Source: Alphaproteobacteria bacterium (GTDB taxonomy: Bacteria; Pseudomonadota; Alphaproteobacteria; UBA8366; GCA-2717185). Taken from it: a stretch of DNA of 48,111 nt. The stretch spans positions 1 to 48,111 of the forward strand of contig JAKZTB010000167.1 of NCBI GenBank assembly GCA_047517345.1, given 5' to 3'. The notes beneath the pieces were generated by a model, which worked only from the letters and a program-made list of their open reading frames with translations, had not been told where the DNA came from and searched no databases. A program made the translations under genes and the position numbers. Positions 18,567 to 29,026 of this stretch are shown here, one piece after another. Positions within the stretch are counted from its first letter, which is position 1. Each line of letters starts with the position of its first letter.

Positions 18567-19787
18567 ATGAGCGGCAGACGCCGCCAACCGCGAGTACTGA
18601 TTTACAGTCACGACTCTTTCGGTCTTGGCCATTTGCGGCGTTGCCGTGCGATCGCCCACGCGATGTGCGAGGACAACGAGGATCTGTCGGTCCTGATCTT
18701 GTCGGGATCGCCGATTATCGGCAGTTTCGATTTTCGCTCCCGCGTCGATTTCGTGCGGGTTCCTGGCGTAATCAAGCTGCGCAACGGCGAATACACGCCC
18801 TTGACCCTCCCCATGGCGATCGAAGACGCGATCGAAATGCGCGCCTCGATCATTCGGCATACCGCGGAAGTTTTCGACCCCGATATTATGATCGTCGACA
18901 AGGAACCGCTTGGCCTGCGCGGCGAACTGACGACGACACTAGAGGTGATGAAGGAACGTGGCGTTCATATCGTGCTCGGGTTGCGCGACGTGCTGGACGA
19001 CCCGGATCTGCTGCTGCCGGAGTGGACACGGAAAAACTCCGTCCCGGCCCTGCAGGAATATTACGATGAGATTTGGATCTATGGCCTGCCGCAAATTTGC
19101 GAGCCGATGGACGGGTTGGACTTGCCGGCGTCGATCAACCGCAAAATAACCTATACTGGCTACCTGCAACGGTTTGCCGACGAAACGGCGACATTGGAAC
19201 TGCCCGCCGCGAGCCGCAACCGACCCTTCATTCTGATCACACCGGGCGGCGGTGGGGACGGCGAAGAGCTGGTCGATTGGGTCTTGCGCGCTTACGAGCA
19301 ATATTCGACCCTGCCGCACCCGTCGCTGATCGTCCTGGGCCCGTTCATGCAGTCCGAACGCCGGACCGAGTTTATCGCGCGCGCCGGCGAGTTGCCCGAT
19401 GTCGAGGCGATCACCTTCGACGCCCATATGGAAAGTCTTATGGCCCGCGCATTGGGAGTGGTCGCAATGGGCGGTTACAATATTTTCTGCGAAATTTTGT
19501 CCTTCGACAAACGCGCGTTGATCGTCCCCCGCACGGTACCGCGGCGCGAACAGCTGATCCGGGCGAGCCGTGCGGAAGAACTCGGTCTCGTCACGATGTT
19601 GCGCGGCGACAACGCGCGGAGCGCCGACACAATGGTCACTGCATTGCGTCACCTGCCGCAACAGCAGCGTCCGTCGGACTCGGTTGTGCCGGGCCTGCTC
19701 GACGGGCTGGAAAACGTGAATATCCTGACCCGCCGCGCGCTGGATCGCCAACCGCGCCCAGCCTTGGCATCGCGTCGGCGCGCCTGA
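18567..19787 (+). CDS. Predicted GT-B glycosyltransferase (COG4671/GT28 C-terminal-like)
   Basis: YSHDSFGLGHLRR, VDKEPLG, GGGGDG, MGGYN, PRREQLIRA motifs. Confidence 0.85.
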   Translation: MSGRRRQPRVLIYSHDSFGLGHLRRCRAIAHAMCEDNEDLSVLILSGSPIIGSFDFRSRVDFVRVPGVIKLRNGEYTPLTLPMAIEDAIEMRASIIRHTAEVFDPDIMIVDKEPLGLRGELTTTLEVMKERGVHIVLGLRDVLDDPDLLLPEWTRKNSVPALQEYYDEIWIYGLPQICEPMDGLDLPASINRKITYTGYLQRFADETATLELPAASRNRPFILITPGGGGDGEELVDWVLRAYEQYSTLPHPSLIVLGPFMQSERRTEFIARAGELPDVEAITFDAHMESLMARALGVVAMGGYNIFCEILSFDKRALIVPRTVPRREQLIRASRAEELGLVTMLRGDNARSADTMVTALRHLPQQQRPSDSVVPGLLDGLENVNILTRRALDRQPRPALASRRRA

Positions 19788-19792
19788 CGATC

Positions 19793-21016
19793 GTGACGGT
19801 CTGCGTCGTTCTGAAGGGCTATCCCCGTCTTTCAGAGACATTCATCGCCCAGGAAATTCTCGCTTTGCAACAACGCGGCATCGCGTTGCACATCGCGTCA
19901 TTACGCCATCCGACGGATAAACAGGTCCATCCGGTTCACCGGGAAATACGCACCGATATCAATTATCTCCCGGAATACCTGCACGACGAACCGGGCCGTG
20001 TCTTCAAGGCGTGGGCGCGGGTACGAAGCAGGCGCGGATATACGGCGGCGCGCGCCGCGTTCCACAGCGACCTCGTGAGGGACTCTACTCGGAACCGCAT
20101 CCGGCGATTCGGACAGGCTTGCGTCCTCGCCGACGAACTGCCGCCCGGTACGAACCGGCTGTACGCCCATTTCCTACACACGCCGGCTTCGGTTGCCCGA
20201 TATGCAGCGCTGATTACCGGGCTGCCCTGGTGTTGTTCGGCACACGCCAAAGACATCTGGACGACGCCACAATGGGAGATCGAGGAGAAACTGGTCGAAC
20301 TCGAGTGGCTGATAACGTGCACGGCGTTCGGCGCGGAATATCTCCGAGGGCTGGCGCCGAACCGCGATGTCGTCTCCTTGCTTTATCATGGGATCGATTT
20401 CGCGCGGTTTCCGGCCCCGCCGAAAAGACCGGTCCATACCGAAAAGCCCATAGCTATACTGTCGGTCGGCCGCGCCGTGGCGAAAAAGGGATATGACGAT
20501 CTATTGGATGCGCTTGCTCTTTTGCCCAAAGAGTTGGATTGGCGGTTTCGCCATATCGGCGGCGGTCCGCTGCTCGGCGCGTTGCGCGACAAGGCGGGCC
20601 GGCTGGGCTTTTCCGGGCGCATCGAGTGGCTCGGCGCGCAATCGCAGGAAACCGTTCTCACCGCACTACGGGACGCGGATATTTTCGCCCTCGCGAGCAA
20701 GACCGCGAGAGACGGGGATCGCGACGGGTTGCCGAACGTTCTGATGGAAGCGCAAAGCCAGGCGCTCGCCGTCGCCGCGACGGACACGGTGGGTATTCCC
20801 GAGCTGATCGTGGACGGCGAGACCGGGCTACTGGCGCCGCCAAACGACCCCGAGGCCTTGTCCGAAGCGCTCGCTCGGCTTATTCGAGACCCTACATTAC
20901 GCCGTCGGCTGGGCGACGCCGGTTTCCAGCGCGTACGTTCTTCATTTGCGCTGGATGTCGGCATCGACAAATTGGCCGCCCGTTTCGGTTCGGTAGAGCA
21001 TCCCGTTGCCGCCTGA
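19793..21016 (+). CDS. Glycosyltransferase family 4
   Basis: KGYPRLSETFIAQE, HFLHTP, SAHAKDIW, VGRAVAKKG, DGLPNVLMEA. The start was reassigned from the ORF-track start at 19073. Confidence 0.88.
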   Translation: MTVCVVLKGYPRLSETFIAQEILALQQRGIALHIASLRHPTDKQVHPVHREIRTDINYLPEYLHDEPGRVFKAWARVRSRRGYTAARAAFHSDLVRDSTRNRIRRFGQACVLADELPPGTNRLYAHFLHTPASVARYAALITGLPWCCSAHAKDIWTTPQWEIEEKLVELEWLITCTAFGAEYLRGLAPNRDVVSLLYHGIDFARFPAPPKRPVHTEKPIAILSVGRAVAKKGYDDLLDALALLPKELDWRFRHIGGGPLLGALRDKAGRLGFSGRIEWLGAQSQETVLTALRDADIFALASKTARDGDRDGLPNVLMEAQSQALAVAATDTVGIPELIVDGETGLLAPPNDPEALSEALARLIRDPTLRRRLGDAGFQRVRSSFALDVGIDKLAARFGSVEHPVAA

Positions 21017-22149
21017 TGCGGATCGCCTTCTATGCCCCTTTGAAATCGCCCGACCACCCAGTGCCCTCCGGCGACCGGCGCGTCGCCCGGCTGCTGCTGT
21101 CGGCGATGCGCGCTGCGGGACACGACGTCCGGGTCGCATCGCGGTTGCGCGCATACGACGATCGCGGCGACGGCCTGCGGCAAGACCAAATCAAAAACCG
21201 CGGCGCCGGATTGGCCGCGCGGTACCTACGTCGTCACGGCGCGAACCCACCCGACCTATGGTTTACCTATCATCTCTATCACAAGGCGCCGGATTGGCTC
21301 GGACCGGCGGTTAGCGACGCGTTTGCGATTCCCTACATCGTCGCCGAAGCCAGCGTCGCACCGAAGCAAGCGAACGGCCCGTGGGCCGAAGGGCATGCAG
21401 CCGTCTGCGCCGCCGTCCGGCAAGCGGCCCGTATAGTGGTGCTCAATCCCGACGATAGGGAATGCCTTACGCCGCTGGTCGGCGACAGCAACACGCTGGT
21501 CACTTTGGTCCCCTTCCTGGATACCCGCACACCACGCGCAGCAGCGGCCAAGCGCCACATTCATCGGGCTCGTTTGGCGGCGCGCTTTGGGCTTCGTGTG
21601 GATTCGCTTTGGATTACCGTAACCGCGATGATGCGCGACGGCGACAAGTTGAAATCGTATCGGCTGCTGGCCGGCGCGAAACGGCAAATGCGCGATCTGC
21701 CGTTGACTTGGCTGGTCGCCGGCGACGGGCCGGTGCGATCCGAGGTTGAAAACGCCCTCGGATCGCAGAACGTCCTTTATCTTGGCGCGCTCGGTCGCGA
21801 CGCAATCGATGCGCTTCATGCCGCCGCCGACATTGCCGTGTGGCCCGCGCTGCGGGAGGCATTCGGCATGGCTTTGCTGGAAGCGCAAGCGACGGGATTG
21901 CCCGTCGTCGCAGGGGCGTCGCCCGGTGTGGCGCAGATCGTCGACGATGGCGAGACCGGACTGTTGACGCCGGTCGGCGACGAAACGATGCTGGCGCACG
22001 CCGTGCGCCGGCTCGTCGAGGATCCGGCCCTGCGCGCGCGCATGAGGATAGCGGCAATGCGAAAATCAGAACGGGCACACGATCTAGACGCAGCGGCACG
22101 GCACATCGATCGCGTCTTGCGCGACGCCCGGGAGGCGCTGGCGGCGTGA
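21016..22149 (+). CDS. Glycosyltransferase family 4
   Basis: MRIAFYAPLKSPDHPVPSGDR, YHLYHKAPDW, EAFGMALLEAQ (E-x7-E). The ATG overlaps the upstream stop (TGATG). Confidence 0.88.
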   Translation: MRIAFYAPLKSPDHPVPSGDRRVARLLLSAMRAAGHDVRVASRLRAYDDRGDGLRQDQIKNRGAGLAARYLRRHGANPPDLWFTYHLYHKAPDWLGPAVSDAFAIPYIVAEASVAPKQANGPWAEGHAAVCAAVRQAARIVVLNPDDRECLTPLVGDSNTLVTLVPFLDTRTPRAAAAKRHIHRARLAARFGLRVDSLWITVTAMMRDGDKLKSYRLLAGAKRQMRDLPLTWLVAGDGPVRSEVENALGSQNVLYLGALGRDAIDALHAAADIAVWPALREAFGMALLEAQATGLPVVAGASPGVAQIVDDGETGLLTPVGDETMLAHAVRRLVEDPALRARMRIAAMRKSERAHDLDAAARHIDRVLRDAREALAA

Positions 22150-22742
22150 CCTTGATCGCCTTGATACGGCACGGCCCGACGGAATGGAACGAAACCGGCA
22201 TCGTCCAAGGCCGGAGCGATATTCCTTTGAGCGAGACCGGCCGCGCGAAGGTCGCGTCCTGGACCAGGCCCGACGAGATTGCGGGGTTCGATTGGGTTTC
22301 GAGTCCGTTGCGCCGGGCGATGGAAACCGCCGAAATACTGACCGGACGGGCGGAACCGACGGATGCGCGGCTGGTCGAGATGGATTGGTCCGAGTGGGAA
22401 GGGATGACGCTGCCGGATCTGCGCGCCCGGCTTGGCAATCTGATGAAAGCCTGGGAGGCCGACGGGCTCGATTTTCGCGCGCCTGGCGGCGAGAGCCCGC
22501 GAGAGGTGCAGGATAGGCTGCGCCCCTTTCTCGCCGAACGGGCTGCGGCAGGGCGCGAAACGGCCGTGGTTTGCCACAAAGGCGTCATCCGCGCGTTGTA
22601 CGCGCTTTCGGTATCCTGGGACATGACCGACAAAGCGCCGGATAAGCTGGATGACGACTGTACTCACCTTTTCGAACTTGCGCCTGACGGCACACCCACG
22701 CCGTACCGGCTGAACGTGCCGCTCACCGCGAAAAACGAATGA
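22146..22742 (+). CDS. Histidine phosphatase (phosphoglycerate mutase-like) family protein
   Basis: LIRHGPTEWN, SSPLRRA.ETA, PGGES, VCHKG motifs. GTGA overlap with the upstream gene. Confidence 0.9.
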   Translation: MTLIALIRHGPTEWNETGIVQGRSDIPLSETGRAKVASWTRPDEIAGFDWVSSPLRRAMETAEILTGRAEPTDARLVEMDWSEWEGMTLPDLRARLGNLMKAWEADGLDFRAPGGESPREVQDRLRPFLAERAAAGRETAVVCHKGVIRALYALSVSWDMTDKAPDKLDDDCTHLFELAPDGTPTPYRLNVPLTAKNE

Positions 22743-23896
22743 CGCAACGCGGCAAGCCGCGGATTTTTTTCTATGTCCAGCACTTGCTGGGCATCGGGCA
22801 TCAGGTGCGGGCCGCAGCGATCGCCCGCGCAATGCGCAACCACGGGCTGGACGTCATCTATGTCACCGGCGGTTTCGCGGATACGGTGCACGATCTCGGC
22901 GGCGCCGAGTTCGTTCAACTTCCACCGGCGCGGACGGCCGACGCGACCTTCAGCACGTTGCTCGACGCCGGTGGACGCCCAGTGGATGCCGCGTGGGAAA
23001 CGTGCCGGCGCGACACTCTTCTGGAGGTCTTCGCCCGCACCCGGCCCGATGCGCTCCTGATCGAGAGTTTTCCGTTCGGGCGCCGCCGGTTCCGGTTCGA
23101 GTTGTTGCCGCTTCTCGAAAGTGCCGCCGGCCAAATCCCCGTCGCCGCGTCGGTCCGCGATATCCTGGTCGAAAGGGACGACCCGAAGCGGACGCGATGG
23201 ATCGTGGAAACCGTCGAGAGATTCTTCGATGCGGTTATCGTTCACGGCGATCCAAATATCGTCGCATTGGACGCGACCTTTCCCGGCACAACTGCCATCG
23301 CTGATCGCATACACTATTCCGGCTATGTCGCCCCGGAAGCCGTTATTAATACGGATGGCAGCCGCCGGGGAGTCGCCGTATCGGCCGGCGGCGGCGCTGT
23401 CGGCGGACCGATTCTCCGCGCCGCTCTTGAAGCACGGCCCCTTTCGCGGCTGTCGCGCATGCCGTGGCGCCTGATTACCGGACCAAATCTGCCGAAAACG
23501 GAACGAAACGCACTAAAAGCACCGCAAGGTGTGACAATCGACACATACGTGGAAAATTTTAACCAGTTTTTATGTACTGTCGCGGTATCCGTAAGTCAGG
23601 CAGGCTACAACACGGTGTTGGATTTGTTCACAAGCCGCACAAAATCTGTTCTAGTGCCATTCGGCCAGCACGGCGAGACCGAGCAAGCCCTGCGTGCTTC
23701 GCGGCTCGCGGCGCGCGGTCATTTTCAGGTATTGCACGAATCGGATCTCACGCCGTCGGCGCTCGCGGCCGCCGTAGATGCGGCGCATGCAGGCCCTGCG
23801 CCGGACCCTTCGGAAATCGATCTCGGCGGCGCCGCAAGGACAGCGGGAATCATGGGCCAACTTGCAACTGGCCTCCCGTTTTCCCGTCGTCTATAA
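22739..23896 (+). CDS. Predicted GT-B glycosyltransferase (COG4671-like, paralogous to 18567-19787)
   Basis: YVQHLLGIGH, ESFPFGRR, SVRDIL, SAGGGAVG, SQAGYNT, ETEQALRA motifs. Confidence 0.85.
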   Translation: MTQRGKPRIFFYVQHLLGIGHQVRAAAIARAMRNHGLDVIYVTGGFADTVHDLGGAEFVQLPPARTADATFSTLLDAGGRPVDAAWETCRRDTLLEVFARTRPDALLIESFPFGRRRFRFELLPLLESAAGQIPVAASVRDILVERDDPKRTRWIVETVERFFDAVIVHGDPNIVALDATFPGTTAIADRIHYSGYVAPEAVINTDGSRRGVAVSAGGGAVGGPILRAALEARPLSRLSRMPWRLITGPNLPKTERNALKAPQGVTIDTYVENFNQFLCTVAVSVSQAGYNTVLDLFTSRTKSVLVPFGQHGETEQALRASRLAARGHFQVLHESDLTPSALAAAVDAAHAGPAPDPSEIDLGGAARTAGIMGQLATGLPFSRRL

Positions 23897-23904
23897 AATC
23901 AACA

Positions 23905-24687
23905 ATGTTTGCGGCCACACACGAAAATACCATCACCGGATGGACAGAATTGGAGAGCGAGCTAGAAGCTTGGCTGGCTTGCGGGTTTCCCGCGACTTTC
24001 TGGTGGCGCGACGACGACGCGACCCAGGCCGGGCCGCAACTCGATCGCCTGCTGGCAATCGCCGGCACGGTACCGGTCTCGCTAGCCGTAATCCCGGCGC
24101 AGGCAACCGCTGAACTGTCGGAACGGTTAAGCACGCAAGCCACCGTAACGGTGCTGCAGCACGGCCATGCGCATACCAATCATGCGCCGGCGGAATCCAA
24201 AAAAGTGGAGTTCGGCGATACAAGGCCCATGGCGACGATGCTGCCGGAAATCGCCAGGGGCCGCGAGCGGATGGCGACATTGTTCGACGACCGGTTTCTT
24301 CCGGTTTTCGTGCCACCGTGGAATCGTTTCGCGGCAGCGCTTCCCAGCGAACTGCGCCGCAAGGGTTTCGCCGGAATATCGGCCTACGGGCCGCGCGACC
24401 GGCATGCGGATATCCGCACAACGAATTGTCATGCCGATATCATAGATTGGCGCGGCAACCGAAGTTTCGTCGGAGAAGACGCGTTGCTCCAATCCGTCGT
24501 CGCCCATCTGTCCGCGCGGCGCAACGGCGCCGTCGACAGATTGGAACCAACCGGCTTGCTGACCCATCATCGCGATCACGATAACGATTGCTGGCGATTC
24601 ATCGAACAATTCGCACGGTTTATCGAGGGCCACCCGGGTGCGGCCTGGACATCGTCGGTATCGGAATTTCCGAGCGCGCCGCAATGA
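23905..24687 (+). CDS. Polysaccharide deacetylase (NodB-like) family protein
   Basis: WWRDDDA, QHGHAHTNH, FVPPWN, GLLTHH motifs of CE4-like enzymes. Confidence 0.8.
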   Translation: MFAATHENTITGWTELESELEAWLACGFPATFWWRDDDATQAGPQLDRLLAIAGTVPVSLAVIPAQATAELSERLSTQATVTVLQHGHAHTNHAPAESKKVEFGDTRPMATMLPEIARGRERMATLFDDRFLPVFVPPWNRFAAALPSELRRKGFAGISAYGPRDRHADIRTTNCHADIIDWRGNRSFVGEDALLQSVVAHLSARRNGAVDRLEPTGLLTHHRDHDNDCWRFIEQFARFIEGHPGAAWTSSVSEFPSAPQ

Positions 24688-25196
24688 CCCATAGTTATCC
24701 GCTAACAACTCTTTACGGCGACTATGTGCGCGCATTTATCGGTGTCGTTTTTATGGGCACACCGCTCTATTTCGCCTTCGGAAACACATTCATGATGGTT
24801 GTTCTCGGCAGCCTCACCCTGTTGTTTCTGCTATTCGGGATTCGTACGGGCCTTCGTCATTTTACCGTCATCAAAACATCGGCCGAGGGCATCGCTTCCA
24901 TCGGACCGCTGGGGCGCCGCCTTGCCTGGGACGACATCACCAAAGTCGATTTGAAGTATTTCTCGACGAGCCGCGAGAAAAAATCGGAAGGCTGGATGCA
25001 ATTGAAAATCTGTAACGCCGGAGGCTGCCTGAAAATGGAGTCCAGTCTGCAAGGCTTCGAACAGATCGCCTCGCAGGCCGCGAACGCGGCATTCCACAAT
25101 GGCGCGGAGATAAACGAAACGACATTGGAAAACTTCACGGCGATGGGCGTCACCGTAGATCTACCAGACGAAGACGAGCACGAGGACGACGGATGA
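24684..25196 (+). CDS. Hypothetical membrane protein (2 TM plus a soluble beta-rich domain)
   Basis: ATGA-coupled to both neighbours, with two hydrophobic helices and an acidic tail. Confidence 0.7.
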   Translation: MTHSYPLTTLYGDYVRAFIGVVFMGTPLYFAFGNTFMMVVLGSLTLLFLLFGIRTGLRHFTVIKTSAEGIASIGPLGRRLAWDDITKVDLKYFSTSREKKSEGWMQLKICNAGGCLKMESSLQGFEQIASQAANAAFHNGAEINETTLENFTAMGVTVDLPDEDEHEDDG

Positions 25197-27085
25197 CCGA
25201 AAACTTGCTTTCCGTCGAGGATCTGCACGTCTATTTCGATCTTCCCGAAGGCAAGATCGAAGCGGTACGCGGCGTTTCTTTCCGCGTCCGGCCCGGCTCC
25301 ACGGTCGCGCTGGTGGGAGAGTCCGGCTCCGGTAAGTCGGTCGTTTCGCAAGCGATCATGGGCATTTTACCCAAAGCCGCCCGTATCGGCGGCGGACGCA
25401 TAGACTTCCATAACGCCGCCCGGGGCGCGGATCCGGTCGATATCGCGGCGCTTGACCCGAGTAGTGCGCCCATGCGTGCCATTCGCGGCGATCAAATCTC
25501 GATCATTTTCCAGGAACCCATGACGTCGCTTTCGCCGTTGCATACGATCGGCGACCAGATCAGCGAAGCCCTCCACCTGCACCACCAATGTTCCAAGCCG
25601 GAGGGGGTCGAACTCACCGAGGAGATGCTGCGTCTGGTCGGTTTCCCCGATCCGGCCCGCGCGCTACGGACCTATCCCTTCGAGCTGTCCGGCGGCCTGC
25701 GGCAACGCGCGATGATCGCGATGGCATTGATCTGCCGGCCCGGACTGCTGATCGCCGACGAGCCGACGACCGCGCTCGATGTCACGATCCAGGCACAGAT
25801 TTTAAAACTGATCGTCGACTTGCAGACCGAGCTCGACATGGCCGTGCTGATCATCACGCACGATTTGGGAGTCGTTGCCAATATGGCCGACGAAATCGTC
25901 GTCATGTATCACGGCGAAATCATGGAATCGGGCACCCTGGACCACATTTTCCGCGATCCTCAGCACCCTTATCTGAAGGCCCTGCAGCACGCCGTGCCGC
26001 GGTTCGACATGGCCCCTGGAGAGCGGCTCATCCCGATCCGCGCGATCGAGCCGACGCGCGGTTTCCTACATGCGGAGAAGGCGCCTTGGCCGGACGGCGC
26101 CGACGATGCCGGACCGATGTTGAAAGTCGAGAACTTGCGAAAGGAATACACGATCCGCAAGAGCGGTTGGTTCGGCGGCGGGGAAAACAGCCGGGTCGTC
26201 GCAGTCGACGACGTAAGCTTCGAGGTCAGGCGCGGCGAATGTCTCGGCCTTGTCGGCGAGAGCGGCTGCGGCAAGACCACACTGTCGAAAATGCTCATGC
26301 GCGCCATCACACCCGACGGCGGCGCCGTCACATACAACGACCGCGGCCAAAGTCGCGACGTGCTGGCGCTCAGCCAAGCCGAACTGATCCCCTTCCGCCG
26401 CAAACTGCAGTTCATGTTCCAGGACCCCTATGGCTCGCTCAATCCGCGCATGACGGTGTTCGACATCATTACCGAGCCGCTGATCATTCACAAAATCGGC
26501 AACTTGGAAACGCGCCGCCAATATGCGCGCGAATTGATGGAGATCGTCGGGCTGAACCTGCGGCATCTGAGCCGATACCCGCATAGTTTTTCCGGCGGCC
26601 AGCGGCAGCGCATCGGTATCGCGCGCGCGCTTGCCCTGCAGCCGGACATGCTGATCTGCGACGAGCCCGTATCCGCGCTCGACGTGTCGGTGCAGGCACA
26701 GATTCTAAATTTGCTCAAAGATCTCCAGGAAGAGCTCGGCCTGACTTATCTCTTCATCTCGCACAACCTCGCGGTCGTAGACTATGTCGCCGACCGTATC
26801 GCGGTGATGTGCCGAGGCCATCTGGTCGAAACCGCGCGCAGCGAAGACCTTTTCAAGAATCCAATTCACCCCTACACGCGCGCATTGTTGCGGGCGGTCC
26901 CGGAACCCAATCCGGACCGGCCCTTGGATTTTTCCGGTATCATGCAAGACCGGGCCTCCAACCCGGCCGAGTGGCCGCATCCGTTCGCTGGCGAGGGTGC
27001 CGAGCGGCCGGTGATGCGGTGGATCAGCGACGGCCACACGGTGCGGGCGCTTCCGGACTCTGATTTAGAGGCGTGGATGTCATGA
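25193..27085 (+). CDS. Opp/Dpp-type ABC importer ATP-binding protein with two NBDs
   Basis: Two Walker A motifs ([16 protein letters not shown]), two signatures (LSGG, FSGG), DEP motifs, HPY boxes. Confidence 0.93.
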   Translation: MTENLLSVEDLHVYFDLPEGKIEAVRGVSFRVRPGSTVALVGESGSGKSVVSQAIMGILPKAARIGGGRIDFHNAARGADPVDIAALDPSSAPMRAIRGDQISIIFQEPMTSLSPLHTIGDQISEALHLHHQCSKPEGVELTEEMLRLVGFPDPARALRTYPFELSGGLRQRAMIAMALICRPGLLIADEPTTALDVTIQAQILKLIVDLQTELDMAVLIITHDLGVVANMADEIVVMYHGEIMESGTLDHIFRDPQHPYLKALQHAVPRFDMAPGERLIPIRAIEPTRGFLHAEKAPWPDGADDAGPMLKVENLRKEYTIRKSGWFGGGENSRVVAVDDVSFEVRRGECLGLVGESGCGKTTLSKMLMRAITPDGGAVTYNDRGQSRDVLALSQAELIPFRRKLQFMFQDPYGSLNPRMTVFDIITEPLIIHKIGNLETRRQYARELMEIVGLNLRHLSRYPHSFSGGQRQRIGIARALALQPDMLICDEPVSALDVSVQAQILNLLKDLQEELGLTYLFISHNLAVVDYVADRIAVMCRGHLVETARSEDLFKNPIHPYTRALLRAVPEPNPDRPLDFSGIMQDRASNPAEWPHPFAGEGAERPVMRWISDGHTVRALPDSDLEAWMS

Positions 27086-29004
27086 AATTTTATTTAATAC
27101 TTTTTTCCTTGATTTTCGCCGTCCTGACAGGGCCGGCGCTGGCGATGAAGTTCATCGAAACGCCATCCCTCAAACCGCTGGTGGAAAGCGGAAAGTTGCC
27201 TGCCGTCGAGCAACGCGTACCGGCCGATCCGTACGTCTCCCGTCTCGAGAAAAGCGGCCGCAAGATCGGGCGCCACGGCGGCGTGCTGAACACATTGATG
27301 GCGCGTTCGAAAGACGTCCGGCTGATGGTCGTCTACGGCTATGCGCGCCTGATCAAGTTCAACCGCAAACTGGAGCTCGAACCCGATATCCTGAAGCGCG
27401 TCGACGTCGAAGGGGGCCGCATCTTCACGTTTTATCTGAGACCAGGGCACAAATGGTCGGACGGCAAACCCTTCACGACGGAGGATTTCCGGTACTATTG
27501 GGAAGACGTCGCCAATCACACCATGCTGTCGCCGACCGGACCGCCGGCCACGTTGCGTGTCGACGGCGAGCTCCCGACAGTCACGATCATAGACGACCTC
27601 ACCGTGCGCTACGCGTGGTCGAAACCGAACCCGGCGTTCCTGCCGGCACTGGCGGGCGCGCGACCGTTCTACATCTATCGGCCGGCCCATTATCTGCGCA
27701 AATATCACGCCCGCTACAATAACGAGGCCGAGCTGAACGCAAAGGCCAAGAAGAAAGGCCAACGGAATTGGGCCTCCCTGCACAACAAGTACGACCACCA
27801 GTACAAAAACAAGAACACCAAACTGCCGACCTTGCAGCCTTGGATGAACACCACAGAGGGGCCGGCCGAACGGTTCGTCTTCAAGCGCAACCCGTTCTAC
27901 CACAAGGTCGATACGGAAGGCCGCCAGTTGCCCTACATCGACAGGGTCAATCTGCGCATCGCCAGCGGCAAGATCATTCCTGCCCAGGTCGGCACCGGCC
28001 AGTCCGACTTGCAGGCACGCTATCTGCGCTTCGACAATTTCACCTTCTTGAAGCGGAACGAACAGAAAAGCGGTTACCGCACCTACCTTTGGCGCATCGC
28101 CAAAGGGTCGCACATGACCTTGTTCCCGAACCTGAACGTGAACGATCCGGTTTGGCGAAAACTGATGCGCGACGTCCGCTTCCGCCGCGCGCTATCGCTC
28201 GGCATCGATCGCCACGAACTGAACCAGGTGATCTATTTCGGATTGGCGCTGGAAGCGCAGAACACGGTCCTGCCGGAAAGCCCGCTGTTTCGGAAGGAAT
28301 ACCAGAAGGCATGGACGCAATTCGACCCCGAGACCGCGAACAGATTGCTGGACGCAATGGGCCTCGACAAACGGGACGACCGAAATATTCGCCTGCTGTC
28401 CGACGGTCGGCCGCTCGAGATCATCGTCGAATCGACCGGCGAGAGCACCGAGGAAGCCGACGTGCTGGAACTCGTAACCGATAGCTGGCGTATGATCGGC
28501 GTCAAATTGCACACCAAACCGTCGCAGCGCGAGGTAATGCGCAACCGCATCTATGCCGGCGAGACCGTCATGTCGATATCGTCCGGACTGGAAAACGGCG
28601 TGCCCAGTGCGGACATGGATCCGAAAGGCTTGGCCCCGACCTCCCAGGTACAATACCAATGGCCGAAATGGGGCCAGAAATACGAGACGATCGGGCGAAT
28701 GGGCCAATCTATCGACATGCCTCAACCAAAAAGGCTGATGAATCTGCACAAAAAATGGCTCGCGGCGAGTTCCTCCGATAAACGCGAGAAAATCTGGCAC
28801 GAGATGCTGAAAATAAATGCCGACCAAATCTTCACGATCGGCCTGATTTCCGGCGTGCTGCAGCCGGTCGTCGTGCGCAACACGCTGCGTAACGTCCCCG
28901 AAGAAGGGATCTACAACTGGGACCCCGGCGCCCATTTCGGAATTTACGAGCCGGATTGTTTCTGGTTCTCTGACGCGCCGCCAAACAAAACCGCCAAGAA
29001 TTAG
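27082..29004 (+). CDS. ABC importer substrate-binding protein, family 5
   Basis: Signal peptide ending ALA, LRPGHKWSDGKPFTTED, RNPFYHKVD..G.QLPYID, FRRALSLGIDR. Confidence 0.9.
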   Translation: MKFYLILFSLIFAVLTGPALAMKFIETPSLKPLVESGKLPAVEQRVPADPYVSRLEKSGRKIGRHGGVLNTLMARSKDVRLMVVYGYARLIKFNRKLELEPDILKRVDVEGGRIFTFYLRPGHKWSDGKPFTTEDFRYYWEDVANHTMLSPTGPPATLRVDGELPTVTIIDDLTVRYAWSKPNPAFLPALAGARPFYIYRPAHYLRKYHARYNNEAELNAKAKKKGQRNWASLHNKYDHQYKNKNTKLPTLQPWMNTTEGPAERFVFKRNPFYHKVDTEGRQLPYIDRVNLRIASGKIIPAQVGTGQSDLQARYLRFDNFTFLKRNEQKSGYRTYLWRIAKGSHMTLFPNLNVNDPVWRKLMRDVRFRRALSLGIDRHELNQVIYFGLALEAQNTVLPESPLFRKEYQKAWTQFDPETANRLLDAMGLDKRDDRNIRLLSDGRPLEIIVESTGESTEEADVLELVTDSWRMIGVKLHTKPSQREVMRNRIYAGETVMSISSGLENGVPSADMDPKGLAPTSQVQYQWPKWGQKYETIGRMGQSIDMPQPKRLMNLHKKWLAASSSDKREKIWHEMLKINADQIFTIGLISGVLQPVVVRNTLRNVPEEGIYNWDPGAHFGIYEPDCFWFSDAPPNKTAKN

Positions 29005-29026
29005 AAGACGCGAAGGAACGCTCCAT

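Noticed and set aside
18444-18860. Numerous 60-340 aa alternative-frame and antisense ORFs (this one, 16759-17667, 27094-28113, 30190-31149, 42206-43147 and others)
   Set aside because: They overlap confidently identified genes, have no motifs, and are expected at this GC content.
19073-19792. Long N-terminal extensions in the ORF track (e.g. 19073, 20539, 21840, 23572, 41732, 43966, 9002, 10734, 5573)
   Set aside because: They overlap real neighbouring genes and have low-complexity Arg/Pro/Ala composition. The family motifs begin at the downstream coupled starts I report.
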